Assembly (NCBI GenBank): GCA_963768855.1
Contig: CAVYJM010000011.1
Location: 96,001-160,000, forward strand
Direction of reading: 5' to 3'
Length of the DNA: 64,000 nt
From: an uncultured Thermoplasmata archaeon
GTDB taxonomy: Archaea > Thermoplasmatota > Thermoplasmata > RBG-16-68-12
Positions within the stretch are counted from its first letter, which is position 1, and the number at the start of each line of letters is the position of its first letter. The notes under the pieces were generated by a model that saw only the letters and a list, made by a program, of their open reading frames with translations, had not been told where the DNA came from and searched no databases. A program made the translations under genes and the position numbers. This document shows, one piece after another, positions 27,892 through 37,838 of this stretch.

Positions 27892-28908
27892 ATGAGCTAC
27901 GCGGTCGAGACACGAGACCTGACCCGAGTCTTCGCCGGGAAGCGGCATCTGCTCCGCCGGCGCAAGAAAGACCCGGCGGACGGGGAAGAACCCGAGGGCC
28001 CCGTCACCGCGCTCGATGGCGTCACGATGCAGATTAAGGAGGGCGAGCTGTTCGGCCTCCTCGGACCGAACGGCGCGGGCAAGACCACCCTCATCAAGAT
28101 CCTCTGCACCCTCCTCCTCCCCACATCGGGGCAGGCGTACGTGGCCGGATTCGACGTCGCGAAGGACGTGTTCCCGATCCGCCAGCGGATCTCCATGGTC
28201 TCCGGGGGCGAGACGACGGGATACGGCCTGCTGACGACGCGCGAGAACATCTGGATGTTTTCCCAGTTCTATGGGGTCACCTCGAAGGACGCGAACGTGC
28301 GCATCGACGAGCTCATGGACGTCTTCGGCCTGCGGGACAGGAGGGACGCGAAGGTCCGCACGCTCTCCACGGGCCAGCGGCAGAAGATGAACATGATCCG
28401 GGGCTTCGTGACCGACCCGGACATCCTCTTCCTAGACGAGCCGACCCTTGGACTCGACGTGAACGCAGCCCGTATCATTCGGGACTACGTGTCGAAGTGG
28501 GTGCAGGAGCAGAAGGGCAAGACCGTCTTGCTGACGACGCATTACATGGCCGAGGCGGACGAGATGTGTGACCGCATCGCGATCATCGACAACGGCCGTA
28601 TCCTCGCCTGCGACACGCCTGAGAACCTCAAGAAGATGGTCCGCCTCGATACGACCTTCCGTCTCGAGATCGACCCGATCCGCGACACGGCCGGTTTCGG
28701 GAAGATTCCGGGCGTGAAGAACTACTCCGTGAAGGACGATGCCTCGAAGAACACGTCGTACCTCACGTTCATCCTGGATGGTGAGGGACCCGTCGCCGAT
28801 ATCCTGAGCCACATCATGGCCCAGGGCTCCCGCGTCCGTTCTCTCCAGAAGTCGGACCCTACGCTCGAGGACGTGTTCGTGAGCATGGTCGGGAAGGGGT
28901 TCGAATGA
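27892..28908 (+). CDS. ABC exporter ATP-binding subunit (DrrA-like)
   Basis: GPNGAGKTT, LSTGQ, LFLDEPT, TTHY. Confidence 0.92.
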   Translation: MSYAVETRDLTRVFAGKRHLLRRRKKDPADGEEPEGPVTALDGVTMQIKEGELFGLLGPNGAGKTTLIKILCTLLLPTSGQAYVAGFDVAKDVFPIRQRISMVSGGETTGYGLLTTRENIWMFSQFYGVTSKDANVRIDELMDVFGLRDRRDAKVRTLSTGQRQKMNMIRGFVTDPDILFLDEPTLGLDVNAARIIRDYVSKWVQEQKGKTVLLTTHYMAEADEMCDRIAIIDNGRILACDTPENLKKMVRLDTTFRLEIDPIRDTAGFGKIPGVKNYSVKDDASKNTSYLTFILDGEGPVADILSHIMAQGSRVRSLQKSDPTLEDVFVSMVGKGFE

Positions 28909-29867
28909 GCGGCGAGGCTGTCCAGAAGCCCGCGACCGAGCGCCGCTCCGACCTTCGGTTCAAGTTTGGGCTGAACCTGCGGTCCGTCCTCGGGCGGGCG
29001 TATCCTCGCGTGATCGGCGCGAACCGCGAGCCATCCTGGGTCTTCTTCGAGGTCTTCCTCCCCCTGCTCGGCATCGCGGCGTATGTGTTCATCTACCAGT
29101 CCTTCTACGGCGCCCAGGTCGCCGCCATCCGGGCGGGGCAGTGCGGGACCGTCTCCTGCGACGTCGCCCTTGCGAACGCCGCCAAGAACCTCAACGCGCT
29201 CGTGGCGACCGTGGTCCTCGGCGGGACGATGGTCGCGTTCTGGCTCAACGTGCTCTGGTCGATGGCGAGCCAGCTGTACTGGGAGAAGGAGATCGGGAAC
29301 CTCCAGATCTACATGATGGCGCCGATGAGCCGCATGGCCCTCCTTGGCGGCATGGCGATCGGCGGGATGTTCATGACGTCGGTCCGCGCGCTCTCGACCC
29401 TTGTCGCGGGGATCGTCGTGTTCGGCGTGATTTTCCAGATCGCCGACCCGTTCATGCTGCTCGCGGTCTTCTTCGTGACCCTGATTGGGCTCTATGGGAT
29501 GGGTATGATGTTTGCGTCCCTCTATCTCCTCTGGGGTCGGGAGGCGTGGAATATGTCCGCGCTCCTGGAGGAACCGATCTTCTTCTCGAGCGGGATGTAC
29601 TTCCCCGCGGGCGGTTTCCTCATGGTGCAGCCATGGGGGCCTGCGGTGGCCGTTGCAGGGAGCATCGTGCCGGCGATGCTGGGCCTGGACGCTCTAAGGC
29701 AACTCACTGTGCCTAACAGCGGACTACCGATCATCCTCACGCCGGTCTCGGAGCTCGAACTCTTGCTCGTGCTCGCCGTCGTGTTCCTGATTCTCGCGAG
29801 GTACGCCCTCGCGCACCTAGAGACGCTCGCGAAGCGAGAGGGGAAGCTGACGTCACGGCATCAGTGA
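28905..29867 (+). CDS. ABC-2 type permease
   Basis: 6 TM helices, WEKEIGNLQ, SGMYFP. Confidence 0.85.
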   Translation: MSGEAVQKPATERRSDLRFKFGLNLRSVLGRAYPRVIGANREPSWVFFEVFLPLLGIAAYVFIYQSFYGAQVAAIRAGQCGTVSCDVALANAAKNLNALVATVVLGGTMVAFWLNVLWSMASQLYWEKEIGNLQIYMMAPMSRMALLGGMAIGGMFMTSVRALSTLVAGIVVFGVIFQIADPFMLLAVFFVTLIGLYGMGMMFASLYLLWGREAWNMSALLEEPIFFSSGMYFPAGGFLMVQPWGPAVAVAGSIVPAMLGLDALRQLTVPNSGLPIILTPVSELELLLVLAVVFLILARYALAHLETLAKREGKLTSRHQ

Positions 29868-30736
29868 ACACGTACTGGAGGACCTTCAAGGTCGCCGCAT
29901 GGCTCGGCTGGGAGATGGATTCCAATTGGACCGAGCCGTGGCTCTTCATCATCTACTCGATCATTAAGCCGATCGCAGCGACGTTCATCCTCATCCTCAT
30001 GTACGTCGTGTTCGCGGCGATTGGCCGGTTCAACGCGGGTCCTCTTTTCGACTTCATGTATGTCGGGAACGCGTTCTTCATCTTCGTGGGCGCGACCCTC
30101 TTCGGCACGTTCCAGGTGATCCAGTCGGACCGCGAGTGGTACCAGACCATCCGGTACATCTACATCTCTCCGATCTCGTTCTACCTGTATGTGATGGGAC
30201 GGGCCACCTCGAAGATCTTGGTCTCCACCTTCGCGGTCGTCATCACGCTCGCCTTCGGCGCGTTCGTCCTCAACCCGCCGGTTCAGATTTCTCTCCCGTT
30301 GTCCTCGATTCCGGTGTTCGTCGCGGGCCTTCTCCTCGGCCTCTTCTGCCTCCTCGCGATCGGCATAACGCTTGGAGGCGTGACGTTCCTCATGGCCCGG
30401 CACACCCAGACGCTGTCGGAGGCCGTCCCCGGGATCTTCTACGTCTTCTGCGGGGTCCTCTTTCCTTTGACCGTCCTACCCAGCTGGCTGCAGGGCGTCG
30501 GGAAGGCGATCCCGCTCACGTACTGGTTCGACCTCTCCCGTCGCCTCCTGCTCTCGCCTTCCGACCAGGCGGCCCTGACCCCGCTGACGGGCCTCGGCGG
30601 CTTCTCGGACCTCACAATCTTGGCGTTCCTCGCCCTCTCCAGCATCGTGTTCTTCGCTCTGAGCCTGGGCGTATTCAAGCTGGGAGAATACCTGGCCCGC
30701 AAGGCGGGCAAGATCGACATGACGACGTCCTACTGA
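29864..30736 (+). CDS. ABC-2 type permease
   Basis: 6 TM helices, CGVLFPLTVLPSWLQ..GKAIPLTY. Confidence 0.85.
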   Translation: MNTYWRTFKVAAWLGWEMDSNWTEPWLFIIYSIIKPIAATFILILMYVVFAAIGRFNAGPLFDFMYVGNAFFIFVGATLFGTFQVIQSDREWYQTIRYIYISPISFYLYVMGRATSKILVSTFAVVITLAFGAFVLNPPVQISLPLSSIPVFVAGLLLGLFCLLAIGITLGGVTFLMARHTQTLSEAVPGIFYVFCGVLFPLTVLPSWLQGVGKAIPLTYWFDLSRRLLLSPSDQAALTPLTGLGGFSDLTILAFLALSSIVFFALSLGVFKLGEYLARKAGKIDMTTSY

Positions 30737-31080
30737 GGCGCCTTGCGCGCAGCCCGCGCGGCCTTCTGTTCCGCGCGATAGGGAAATCGTTGGATCGCGC
30801 CGCAGGCCGTGCACGCAACGACGACGTGGCCGCGGCCGACCCGAACCCGGGCGTTCACCCCAGGGACGAGGTAGGTGAGGCACGCTTTGCAGAACCGCCG
30901 CTTGAACTCCGCGGGGATCCGCACGTTGTAGCGCATCCCGATCCGCCGCGCCAGGTCGACGTACCGTCGCGCGCGGGCCCACCGTGCGTGGAGCGCCTCC
31001 TGCTCGGCCTCGTGGAAGAGGATCTCCATGCGCTCGAGGGCGATCCGCCGTTCCATCCCTCGGTGGCGCCGCTTCGGCAC
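30730..31080 (-). CDS. rnp4: RNase P protein subunit Rpp21 (aRpp21)
   Basis: IALERMEILF, ARRYV.LARRI, RRFCKAC...LVPG, CTACG zinc ribbon; start uncertain. Confidence 0.9.
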   Translation of the reverse strand: MPKRRHRGMERRIALERMEILFHEAEQEALHARWARARRYVDLARRIGMRYNVRIPAEFKRRFCKACLTYLVPGVNARVRVGRGHVVVACTACGAIQRFPYRAEQKAARAARKAPQ

Positions 31081-31173
31081 GGGAGGGCGACGGGGTCGAC
31101 GCCATAAAACCCTTCGCGGACGGCGCGCGACCAACCTTTAACTACGGACCCGGGCTTTCCTCGCGCGATCGGC

Positions 31174-32265
31174 ATGCGGCTGCGCATCAAACGGATCTTC
31201 CGGAACGCCGGCGACCATCTGGACCAGATCGTGCTCATGAACTCCGTGGAACCCCACATCGACATGTCCTTCTTCTATGCGACGGGGATCACGGACGGAC
31301 TGTTCGAGGGGTGCGCTGCCTTCCTTCAGCCGGACGGGAGCGCTGAGATCATGACGACCGCGCTGGAGGAGGAGGCCGCGAAGAAGAGCGGGCTGCCTCT
31401 CCACGTGTTCCGCCATCGCGAGGAGCCCGCGAGGCTCATCCGGAAGATGCTTGCGGGCCGCCGGCGGATCGGGATCAACGCCGACGAGCTCACCCACACT
31501 GCGTTCCAGCGCCTGCGCAAGGCCGCCCCCAAGACCGCGAAGTTCGTGGACGTCTCGGAGGCCGTCACGGACGCGCGCCTGGTCAAGGATGCGCAGGAGA
31601 TCGAGTACATCCAGAAGGCGTGCGACATCGCGTCCAAGTCCTTCGAGCAGACCCTCTCCTTCATCCGTCCGGGAGTGCGGGAGTCCGAGATCGCCTCGGA
31701 GCTCGTATACCACATGCAGCGGAACGGGGCCACGGGTCCCTCGTTCCGCACGATCGTCGGGTCCGGCCCGAACAGCGCGGAGCCCCACTACACGGCCGGT
31801 CCTCGCAAGATCCGGAAGGGCGACCTCATCGTGATCGACTTCGGGTCGTTGTACCACATGTACTGCTCCGACGTGACCCGCACGGTCGTCGTGGGCAAGG
31901 CGAGCGACGAGCAGCGGCGGATGTTCGACACGGTCGCCCGCGCGCAAAGGGCGGCGCTGCCCAAGCTCCGCCCGGGGACGAAGGGCAAGGCAGTCGACGC
32001 GGCGGCGCGCACCCTGATCGACTCGACAAAGTACAAGGGCCGGTTCATCCACGGCCTCGGGCATTCCGTCGGCCTTGCGGTCCACGATGGCGGCGGGCTG
32101 TTCACCACGAGCGAGCTCGTGCTCAAGTCGAACATGGTCATGACGGACGAGCCGGGCGTCTACATCCCCGGATTCGGGGGCGTCCGGATCGAGGACACGG
32201 TCCTCGTGACGCCCAAGGGGGGCCGATACATGAGCACGGCGCCGCGGCAGCTCCTCGAACTGTGA
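31174..32265 (+). CDS. pepQ: Xaa-Pro aminopeptidase/prolidase (M24B)
   Basis: IDFG, SDVTRT, HGLGHSVG, TDEPGVY, GVRIED. Confidence 0.88.
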   Translation: MRLRIKRIFRNAGDHLDQIVLMNSVEPHIDMSFFYATGITDGLFEGCAAFLQPDGSAEIMTTALEEEAAKKSGLPLHVFRHREEPARLIRKMLAGRRRIGINADELTHTAFQRLRKAAPKTAKFVDVSEAVTDARLVKDAQEIEYIQKACDIASKSFEQTLSFIRPGVRESEIASELVYHMQRNGATGPSFRTIVGSGPNSAEPHYTAGPRKIRKGDLIVIDFGSLYHMYCSDVTRTVVVGKASDEQRRMFDTVARAQRAALPKLRPGTKGKAVDAAARTLIDSTKYKGRFIHGLGHSVGLAVHDGGGLFTTSELVLKSNMVMTDEPGVYIPGFGGVRIEDTVLVTPKGGRYMSTAPRQLLEL

Positions 32266-32272
32266 CCCGGCC

Positions 32273-32830
32273 TCACGTCTCCCGGCGGACCGCCGTCTCG
32301 CGGAACTCGCGCGCGAGGATGCTCATCCGGACCACGTTCTGGAACCGGCCATCCTTGTAGACGTCCTCCCGGTGCACGCCCTCGCGGACGAACCCGCACT
32401 TCTCGTACGAACGGATCGCCCGGACGTTGTCCTCGAGCACGTCGAGAGAGATCTTGTTCAGGCTGAGGTGCTCGAAGCCGTAGCCCAGCGCTGTACGGAG
32501 GGCGTCCGTGCCGTAGCCGCGCGACCAGTAGGCAGTCTCCCCGATGACGATTCCGAGGTCCGCCTTCCGGTGCACCCGGTCCACCTTGTGCAGACCGAGG
32601 TTGCCGACGTGCTTGCCCTCGATCTCGATCGCGAAGATCTGCTCGTCAGCGCGGCGAGAATAGTCCCGGAACCATCGCTCTTCCTCTGCGAGCGTGACCG
32701 CCGCGTTCCGCCCAAGGAACTGGGTCACCTGCGGGTCGCTGAACCACTTGACGCAGCGCCGCAGGTCCCCGGTCGCCAGCGGACGCAGCGTCACCCGGAT
32801 CCCGCGGAGAATGCGGTGGTCCTCGATCAT
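32273..32830 (-). CDS. GNAT acetyltransferase (RimJ/RimL family)
   Basis: LRPL, YWSRGYGT, N.RAIRSYEKCGF..EG. Confidence 0.85.
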   Translation of the reverse strand: MIEDHRILRGIRVTLRPLATGDLRRCVKWFSDPQVTQFLGRNAAVTLAEEERWFRDYSRRADEQIFAIEIEGKHVGNLGLHKVDRVHRKADLGIVIGETAYWSRGYGTDALRTALGYGFEHLSLNKISLDVLEDNVRAIRSYEKCGFVREGVHREDVYKDGRFQNVVRMSILAREFRETAVRRET

Positions 32831-32873
32831 CCCCGAGGCGCCACGGACCGAGCGCTTGATAACCTTTCCGGGC

Positions 32874-34859
32874 TCAGCCGGTCTGTACCGTGAGGGTGGC
32901 TGTGGTGGTCGCGCCGTCCTCGTCCGTCACGGTCAGGGTGACCGTGAAGGTGCCACCCGCGGGGAACGTGTGCGTGACGGTCGCCATCACGTCCATGGGC
33001 GCCGCGCCCCCGACGACGGCCTCGGGCGCGTCGTTCGCGGGGCCGTTCGGGTACACCTGGGTTGCGCTCGTCCCATCGCCGAAGTCCCAGTGGGCCGTCA
33101 AGCCGTCGGCCCCCGGATCGAACAGGTGCGCGTGAAGCACCACGCCCTCCGGGAGGACGGAGCCGCGGAGATCTCCCAGGCTCCAGTTCCACGACGCCTT
33201 GTGCTGGACGTTGAAGTCGTGGAACAGCCGCACGGACGTCCCGTTCTCCATGGTGATCACAAGCCACGCGGGGCTGTCGCCGTTCGGCTGCCCGTTTACA
33301 GGGTCGTCCAAGGGCGTGTACAGCGCGGTCACGAGCACGGGTTTCGTGAGGTCCAGGATCCGCATGCCGGTGTCCGCGGACTGCTTCATCGGATCTCCCG
33401 GATGGCGCACGACCCGGAGGCTCGCAAGCGTCGTGCCGTTCGCGACGAGGTGGAACGCGACGTCGTGGAACTTCTCGCCCGCGACGATGAGCCGGAAGTC
33501 GGCCCCGCCTGATGCGGAGGCCGTCAGGCTCTGGATGGCCGGTGGCACATTCGCGATCGTGACCGAAGCCGATACGTTGGCGACGGCCTGGCCGTCCGAG
33601 ACCTCGACGCGTGCCTCCCCGCTGAACTCATCCGTGTAGCGCACCGCGACGGTCGGGCTCGCAGACCATGCGGTGTCCCAGGTCCCGTTGTCCGTGAACG
33701 ACCACCGGTACTGGAGCGCATCTCCGTCCGGATCGGAGGACTTGGACGCGTTCAGGACGACCGTGTCGCCCTCCTTCCCCACGTACGGTCCACCGGCATC
33801 TGCCACGGGGGGCTTGTTCGCCGCCACGGAGAGGAACACGGGGGCCGAATGCGCGTCCGCGGTGCCCGTCCCTCCCATGTCGGACCTCGCTTGCGGCAGG
33901 GTCAGCGAACCCGCGGCGAGAGCGGGTGACACGAGGGTGTAGAACCTGGTGACGTTCGTGTACGGCGTCGGGAGCTCCGGATTTCCCTGCTGGCTCACCT
34001 GCGCGGCCGGCAGGGCCTCATACCACTCCAGGGTCTTCGACCCGTCCGGGTGGTTCACGATGAGATCCGGCGGGACAGAAAAACTCCCCCCCTCCACGCT
34101 CCATCCCGCAGGCACATCGTCCTCGATGATTCCCCTCGTCACGTTCACGTTCCCGGTGAACGCGTCGTCCGTCGACCAGACCGCCAGGTTCGTGGCATCG
34201 AGCCGCACGCGGATGGTCTGTCCCGCGGTCCCCTTGATCGTCGCCCACAAAGGCTGCTTGCCCACGACGACCGTCGGGTATGACCGCAAGTAGGCCCACA
34301 GGGCTATCTGCGTGTTGTCCCCCGCTCCGTTGTAGAACGGATGCTCGATGAGCGAGCGCAGGGCGAACGGGAGGGTCTCCCCCCCAATCTGGAACACCAC
34401 TCCCGCTTTCGAAAACTGCATTTCCTCCATGTCCCACCAGGCAGGACCGCTCAGGTAGCCCGCGAGCACGTACGCCCCGAACGAGTACCGGAGGCTGCCC
34501 ATCGCCGGCACCGTGCCGTTCGTCAGGACGGCGTCCGCTGTCGTTTGGAGCGGGCTCGGCGGCGGCGATTGGGACGGATGCGGGCTCATGAGCACCGCCT
34601 CCTCCGGGATGAGCACCGGCACGGCCGCGTTGTTCGTCACGAGGATCCCCGCGGGCTGCGTGACCTCGTGCCCGTCCACGGTGAATGTCTCGTTGACCAT
34701 GACCGCGCTCACGAGTCCTTGACCCGCCGCTTCCCAGAAATCGAGCGGGGCCGAGTCGGGGGTCCGCACCGGCGGGCTCGCAAGGGCCAAGGTCGCCACC
34801 ACGGCCGCTCCTGCGACTAGCAGGACGAATGAACGCGTGGCGAAGAACCCCTTCATCAA
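32874..34859 (-). CDS. Secreted multidomain surface protein with PKD domains
   Basis: Signal peptide; PPVADAGGPY..EG...LNAS.SSDPDGD; WDFGDG; final HTFPAGGTFTVTLTVTD; no C-terminal TM anchor. Confidence 0.8.
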   Translation of the reverse strand: MMKGFFATRSFVLLVAGAAVVATLALASPPVRTPDSAPLDFWEAAGQGLVSAVMVNETFTVDGHEVTQPAGILVTNNAAVPVLIPEEAVLMSPHPSQSPPPSPLQTTADAVLTNGTVPAMGSLRYSFGAYVLAGYLSGPAWWDMEEMQFSKAGVVFQIGGETLPFALRSLIEHPFYNGAGDNTQIALWAYLRSYPTVVVGKQPLWATIKGTAGQTIRVRLDATNLAVWSTDDAFTGNVNVTRGIIEDDVPAGWSVEGGSFSVPPDLIVNHPDGSKTLEWYEALPAAQVSQQGNPELPTPYTNVTRFYTLVSPALAAGSLTLPQARSDMGGTGTADAHSAPVFLSVAANKPPVADAGGPYVGKEGDTVVLNASKSSDPDGDALQYRWSFTDNGTWDTAWSASPTVAVRYTDEFSGEARVEVSDGQAVANVSASVTIANVPPAIQSLTASASGGADFRLIVAGEKFHDVAFHLVANGTTLASLRVVRHPGDPMKQSADTGMRILDLTKPVLVTALYTPLDDPVNGQPNGDSPAWLVITMENGTSVRLFHDFNVQHKASWNWSLGDLRGSVLPEGVVLHAHLFDPGADGLTAHWDFGDGTSATQVYPNGPANDAPEAVVGGAAPMDVMATVTHTFPAGGTFTVTLTVTDEDGATTTATLTVQTG

Positions 34860-35048
34860 CGCCCTTCTGAACCCGGCGACCTCTCCTTATCCCCGAGGAC
34901 TTGCTTAAGCGTGACGCCTTGATTCTCAGTAGTTTTCACCGGTGATTTTTATTCCTGATAGCATGTCCCTTTCCTCCGAGAGCACGCTCCACCGGCCGGC
35001 TGCGGCCCTGCGATGCCTTGATGTGTCCGGAGCGGTTGCGGAGCGGGC

Positions 35049-36056
35049 GTGCTCTTCTACGACCCGCGTTTCCTGGAGCACGTATCGTCCCCGATGCACG
35101 TGGAGCGTCCGGAGCGCCTCGAGGCGATCGTGGGCCGCCTTCGCGAAGAGAAGCTCTTCGTGGACGTCCGCTCCCCGGCCGCGGCCACCATGCCGGAGCT
35201 ACGGCGGGTCCACCGCGCCACCTTCCTGGATTTCTTCCACGACCTGACGGAAGGGTTCCTCGACCCGGAGACGGCGGTCCACCCAGAGACCTGGGACATC
35301 GCGACCTTGGCCGCGGGCGCGGTCGTAGAGGCCACCCGAGGAGCGGTCGCCGAGGGCACGTGGGCCGTCGCCCTCGTCCGCCCACCCGGGCACCATGCGG
35401 GTCCGGACTACGGCGGGGGATTCTGTTATCTGAACAACGTGGCGGCGGCCGCCGCAGACCAGGTCGCGCACGGCCGGCGCGTCGCGATCCTCGACTACGA
35501 CGCCCACCATGGGAACGGCACGAGCGAAATCTTCACCGACGAGGCGGCGGTCCTCTACATTTCGACCCACCAGTACGGAATCTACCCCGGCACGGGCGCC
35601 GCCGAGGATGTAGGCAAGGGTGAAGGCCGCGGGTTCAACGTGAACATCCCCTTCACCGCGGGCTGCGGGGACGAGTCGTTCCGAATCGCGTTCGATCAAG
35701 TCGTTGCGCCGGTCGTGCGGGAGTACAAGCCCGACGTGATCCTCGTCAGCCTGGGGATCGACGCCCATTACCGCGACCCGCTCACAGGTCTCTCCCTCTC
35801 GTCCCCGGGCTACGTCGATCTCACCACCCGGAGCGCGGAACTGGCAAAGGAGCTTTGCGGGAACCGGTTCGTCGTGGCCCTCGAGGGGGGATACCATCTC
35901 CAGGCGCTGTCCGAGGTCTACGCAGGCGTCGTCGCGCGGCTCCAGCACCGCCGGGTCGACCTCGAGCTCACGCAGCTCCTGGACGCCAAGGGGAAAGGCC
36001 GACCCGCAGTCGAGGCGACGAAACGGGCTCACAAGGAGTTCTGGAACCTACGTTGA
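35049..36056 (+). CDS. Histone deacetylase/AcuC family Zn hydrolase
   Basis: RPPGHHA, GFCYLNN, DYDAHHGNGT, GIDAH..DPL, LEGGY. Confidence 0.93.
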   Translation: MLFYDPRFLEHVSSPMHVERPERLEAIVGRLREEKLFVDVRSPAAATMPELRRVHRATFLDFFHDLTEGFLDPETAVHPETWDIATLAAGAVVEATRGAVAEGTWAVALVRPPGHHAGPDYGGGFCYLNNVAAAAADQVAHGRRVAILDYDAHHGNGTSEIFTDEAAVLYISTHQYGIYPGTGAAEDVGKGEGRGFNVNIPFTAGCGDESFRIAFDQVVAPVVREYKPDVILVSLGIDAHYRDPLTGLSLSSPGYVDLTTRSAELAKELCGNRFVVALEGGYHLQALSEVYAGVVARLQHRRVDLELTQLLDAKGKGRPAVEATKRAHKEFWNLR

Positions 36057-37196
36057 GCGGCCGAGCTTGCGCTCGGTGATCATCCGTTCCTTGTCCTTCA
36101 CGATCCGCTTGTACAGGGTCTCGAGGAGGTCCTTGATCGCGAGATGGAGATCCCAGTCGAAGTGGTTCGCGTAGTACATCTGATGGGCCGTCTGGAACCG
36201 GCATCGGATCGAGTACTTCCAGCGGTCGCCGTCCGGCTTGTACTTCTGGACATGGAGGGAGAGCGTCTTCGGCGTCACGAGCTGGCCGATGCGCCGCATC
36301 TCCTTCTCGACGGTCGCATAGATCGTGTCGTAGGTCTCCGAGGGTTCCTCTTCGAGCCCGCTGATCGAAACGAAGAGCTGTTCCCGCTCCCGGAGTCCTG
36401 CGAGGAAGTGCATCAGATCGAGCTTCGTGACGATCCCGACCGGTTCGTCCTTGTCCGTGATGATGACGCTCGAGACGTCGCTCTTCAACATGAGTTCGGC
36501 GGCGCGGGCGAGGTCCCCGTCCGGTCCCATCGTGACGGGCGGGTAGTGCATCACGCCTTTGACCTCGAGCTCGATTTTCGTCTCGGCGCCGGCGCGTTCC
36601 CCCTGGTGCTCCCGGTTCTTCGGTCTCGAGAAGAGGTCCGTCACGTCCTTCATCCCGATTGCGCCCTTCAGATGCCGGTTCTTGTCCACGACAGGGAGGG
36701 AGCGCTCCCCGAGGGACTGCATCACGTGGACCGCGCGCTCGATCGTGTCGCTCTCCGACACGGCTTGGGGGTTCGGCGTCATGAAATCGCGGACCTTGAG
36801 CGCCTCCAGGGTTCCGGAGTCGACCAGCGCGCGCACGAGGTCCGTCCGGGAGATGATCCCGAGGAGCTTCTTGCGCTGGACGACGGGGAGCGCTCGGAAC
36901 CCGGTGGTGATGAGCTCCTCCGCAGCGTCCGGGAGGACCGCGTCGGGGCTGACCTCGGGCGCCTTCACGACCACCTTGGAGATCTTCGTGTTCGGCGGCA
37001 GATTGTGGCGCTTCATGAGTTCGCGGAGCGTCACGACTCCGTCGAGCTTCCCCTTGCGGCCGACCGGCAGCTCGTGGACGTCGTGCTTCTTCATCCTCCC
37101 GAGCACCTCCCCGACTTCGTCGTCCGGGGCGGCCCACACGACCTCCGTGGTCAGGTACTCGGATACCGTGAGGTCCTGCACGTTCTTTCGCGCCAT
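36048..37196 (-). CDS. Four-CBS-domain protein with C-terminal HPF/RaiA-like domain (putative ribosome hibernation factor)
   Basis: Four CBS repeats. The C-terminal region ends DWDLHLAIKDLLETLYKRIVKDKE, resembling the HPF terminal helix (DLYAAID...KLERQL). Confidence 0.75.
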   Translation of the reverse strand: MARKNVQDLTVSEYLTTEVVWAAPDDEVGEVLGRMKKHDVHELPVGRKGKLDGVVTLRELMKRHNLPPNTKISKVVVKAPEVSPDAVLPDAAEELITTGFRALPVVQRKKLLGIISRTDLVRALVDSGTLEALKVRDFMTPNPQAVSESDTIERAVHVMQSLGERSLPVVDKNRHLKGAIGMKDVTDLFSRPKNREHQGERAGAETKIELEVKGVMHYPPVTMGPDGDLARAAELMLKSDVSSVIITDKDEPVGIVTKLDLMHFLAGLREREQLFVSISGLEEEPSETYDTIYATVEKEMRRIGQLVTPKTLSLHVQKYKPDGDRWKYSIRCRFQTAHQMYYANHFDWDLHLAIKDLLETLYKRIVKDKERMITERKLGRST

Positions 37197-37275
37197 CGCA
37201 AAATCCCTCGCGGGAAGTTTCCGTAGCAGGTCGGTCTATAATAACCTTATTTGACGCGAGGCCGTTTGAGGCTCG

Positions 37276-37551
37276 ATGCGGGTCCGCGCGACGGTCCTTT
37301 TCCACGGCAGGGTGCAAGGGGTCTACTTCCGGGCCCACTGCGAGGAGAAAGCTCGCTCCCTCGGGCTCGACGGATACGTCCGCAACGTCCCGGGCGGTGG
37401 CGTCGAGGCGATCTTCGAGGGCGAGCGCTCGCTCATCGAGGAGTGCATCGAGTGGAACCAGACCTCGCAACCTGCCGCGCGCGTTGCGTCCGTGGACGTT
37501 GCGTGGGGCGTCGCGACCGATGAGTTCACCGGGTTCGAGATCCGCCGCTGA
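37276..37551 (+). CDS. acyP: Acylphosphatase
   Basis: GRVQGVYFR, GYVRN..G.VE. Confidence 0.93.
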   Translation: MRVRATVLFHGRVQGVYFRAHCEEKARSLGLDGYVRNVPGGGVEAIFEGERSLIEECIEWNQTSQPAARVASVDVAWGVATDEFTGFEIRR

Positions 37552-37595
37552 CGGGCGCTCGGAACGCAGCTCGCGAGGCGCACGGTTCCTCCCGC

Positions 37596-37838
37596 GTGGC
37601 GTCCCCGATCGCAGGCGGGGAGTTCTGGGGCGGGCTGGCGGGCTGTCTCGGCGGGATGGGTGCGGTTCTCCTCGGCATCGCCCTGGAACGCGCGGAGCCT
37701 TCGTCCTGAATCCCGGGCGCCGGTGGCGCCATCGCCTTCGCCGCGTTTGGGATCGCCGTTGGGGGCGGCGTGGGAGGAGCCTTCGGCGTCTACGAGATGG
37801 AGCGGGCCCCTCGGAGGCTCCGCGCCTCGTCGCGCTCC
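37596..37838 (+). pseudogene. Possible degenerate 2-TM glycine-zipper gene with in-frame TGA
   Basis: Hydrophobic GC3-biased frame on both sides of TGA 37707-37709; no proper stop before the tatD-like gene. Confidence 0.3.

Noticed and set aside
37707-37709. In-frame TGA as selenocysteine or readthrough
   Set aside because: No redox-Cys context, no SECIS-like element or sel genes seen, and the downstream frame has no sensible stop.
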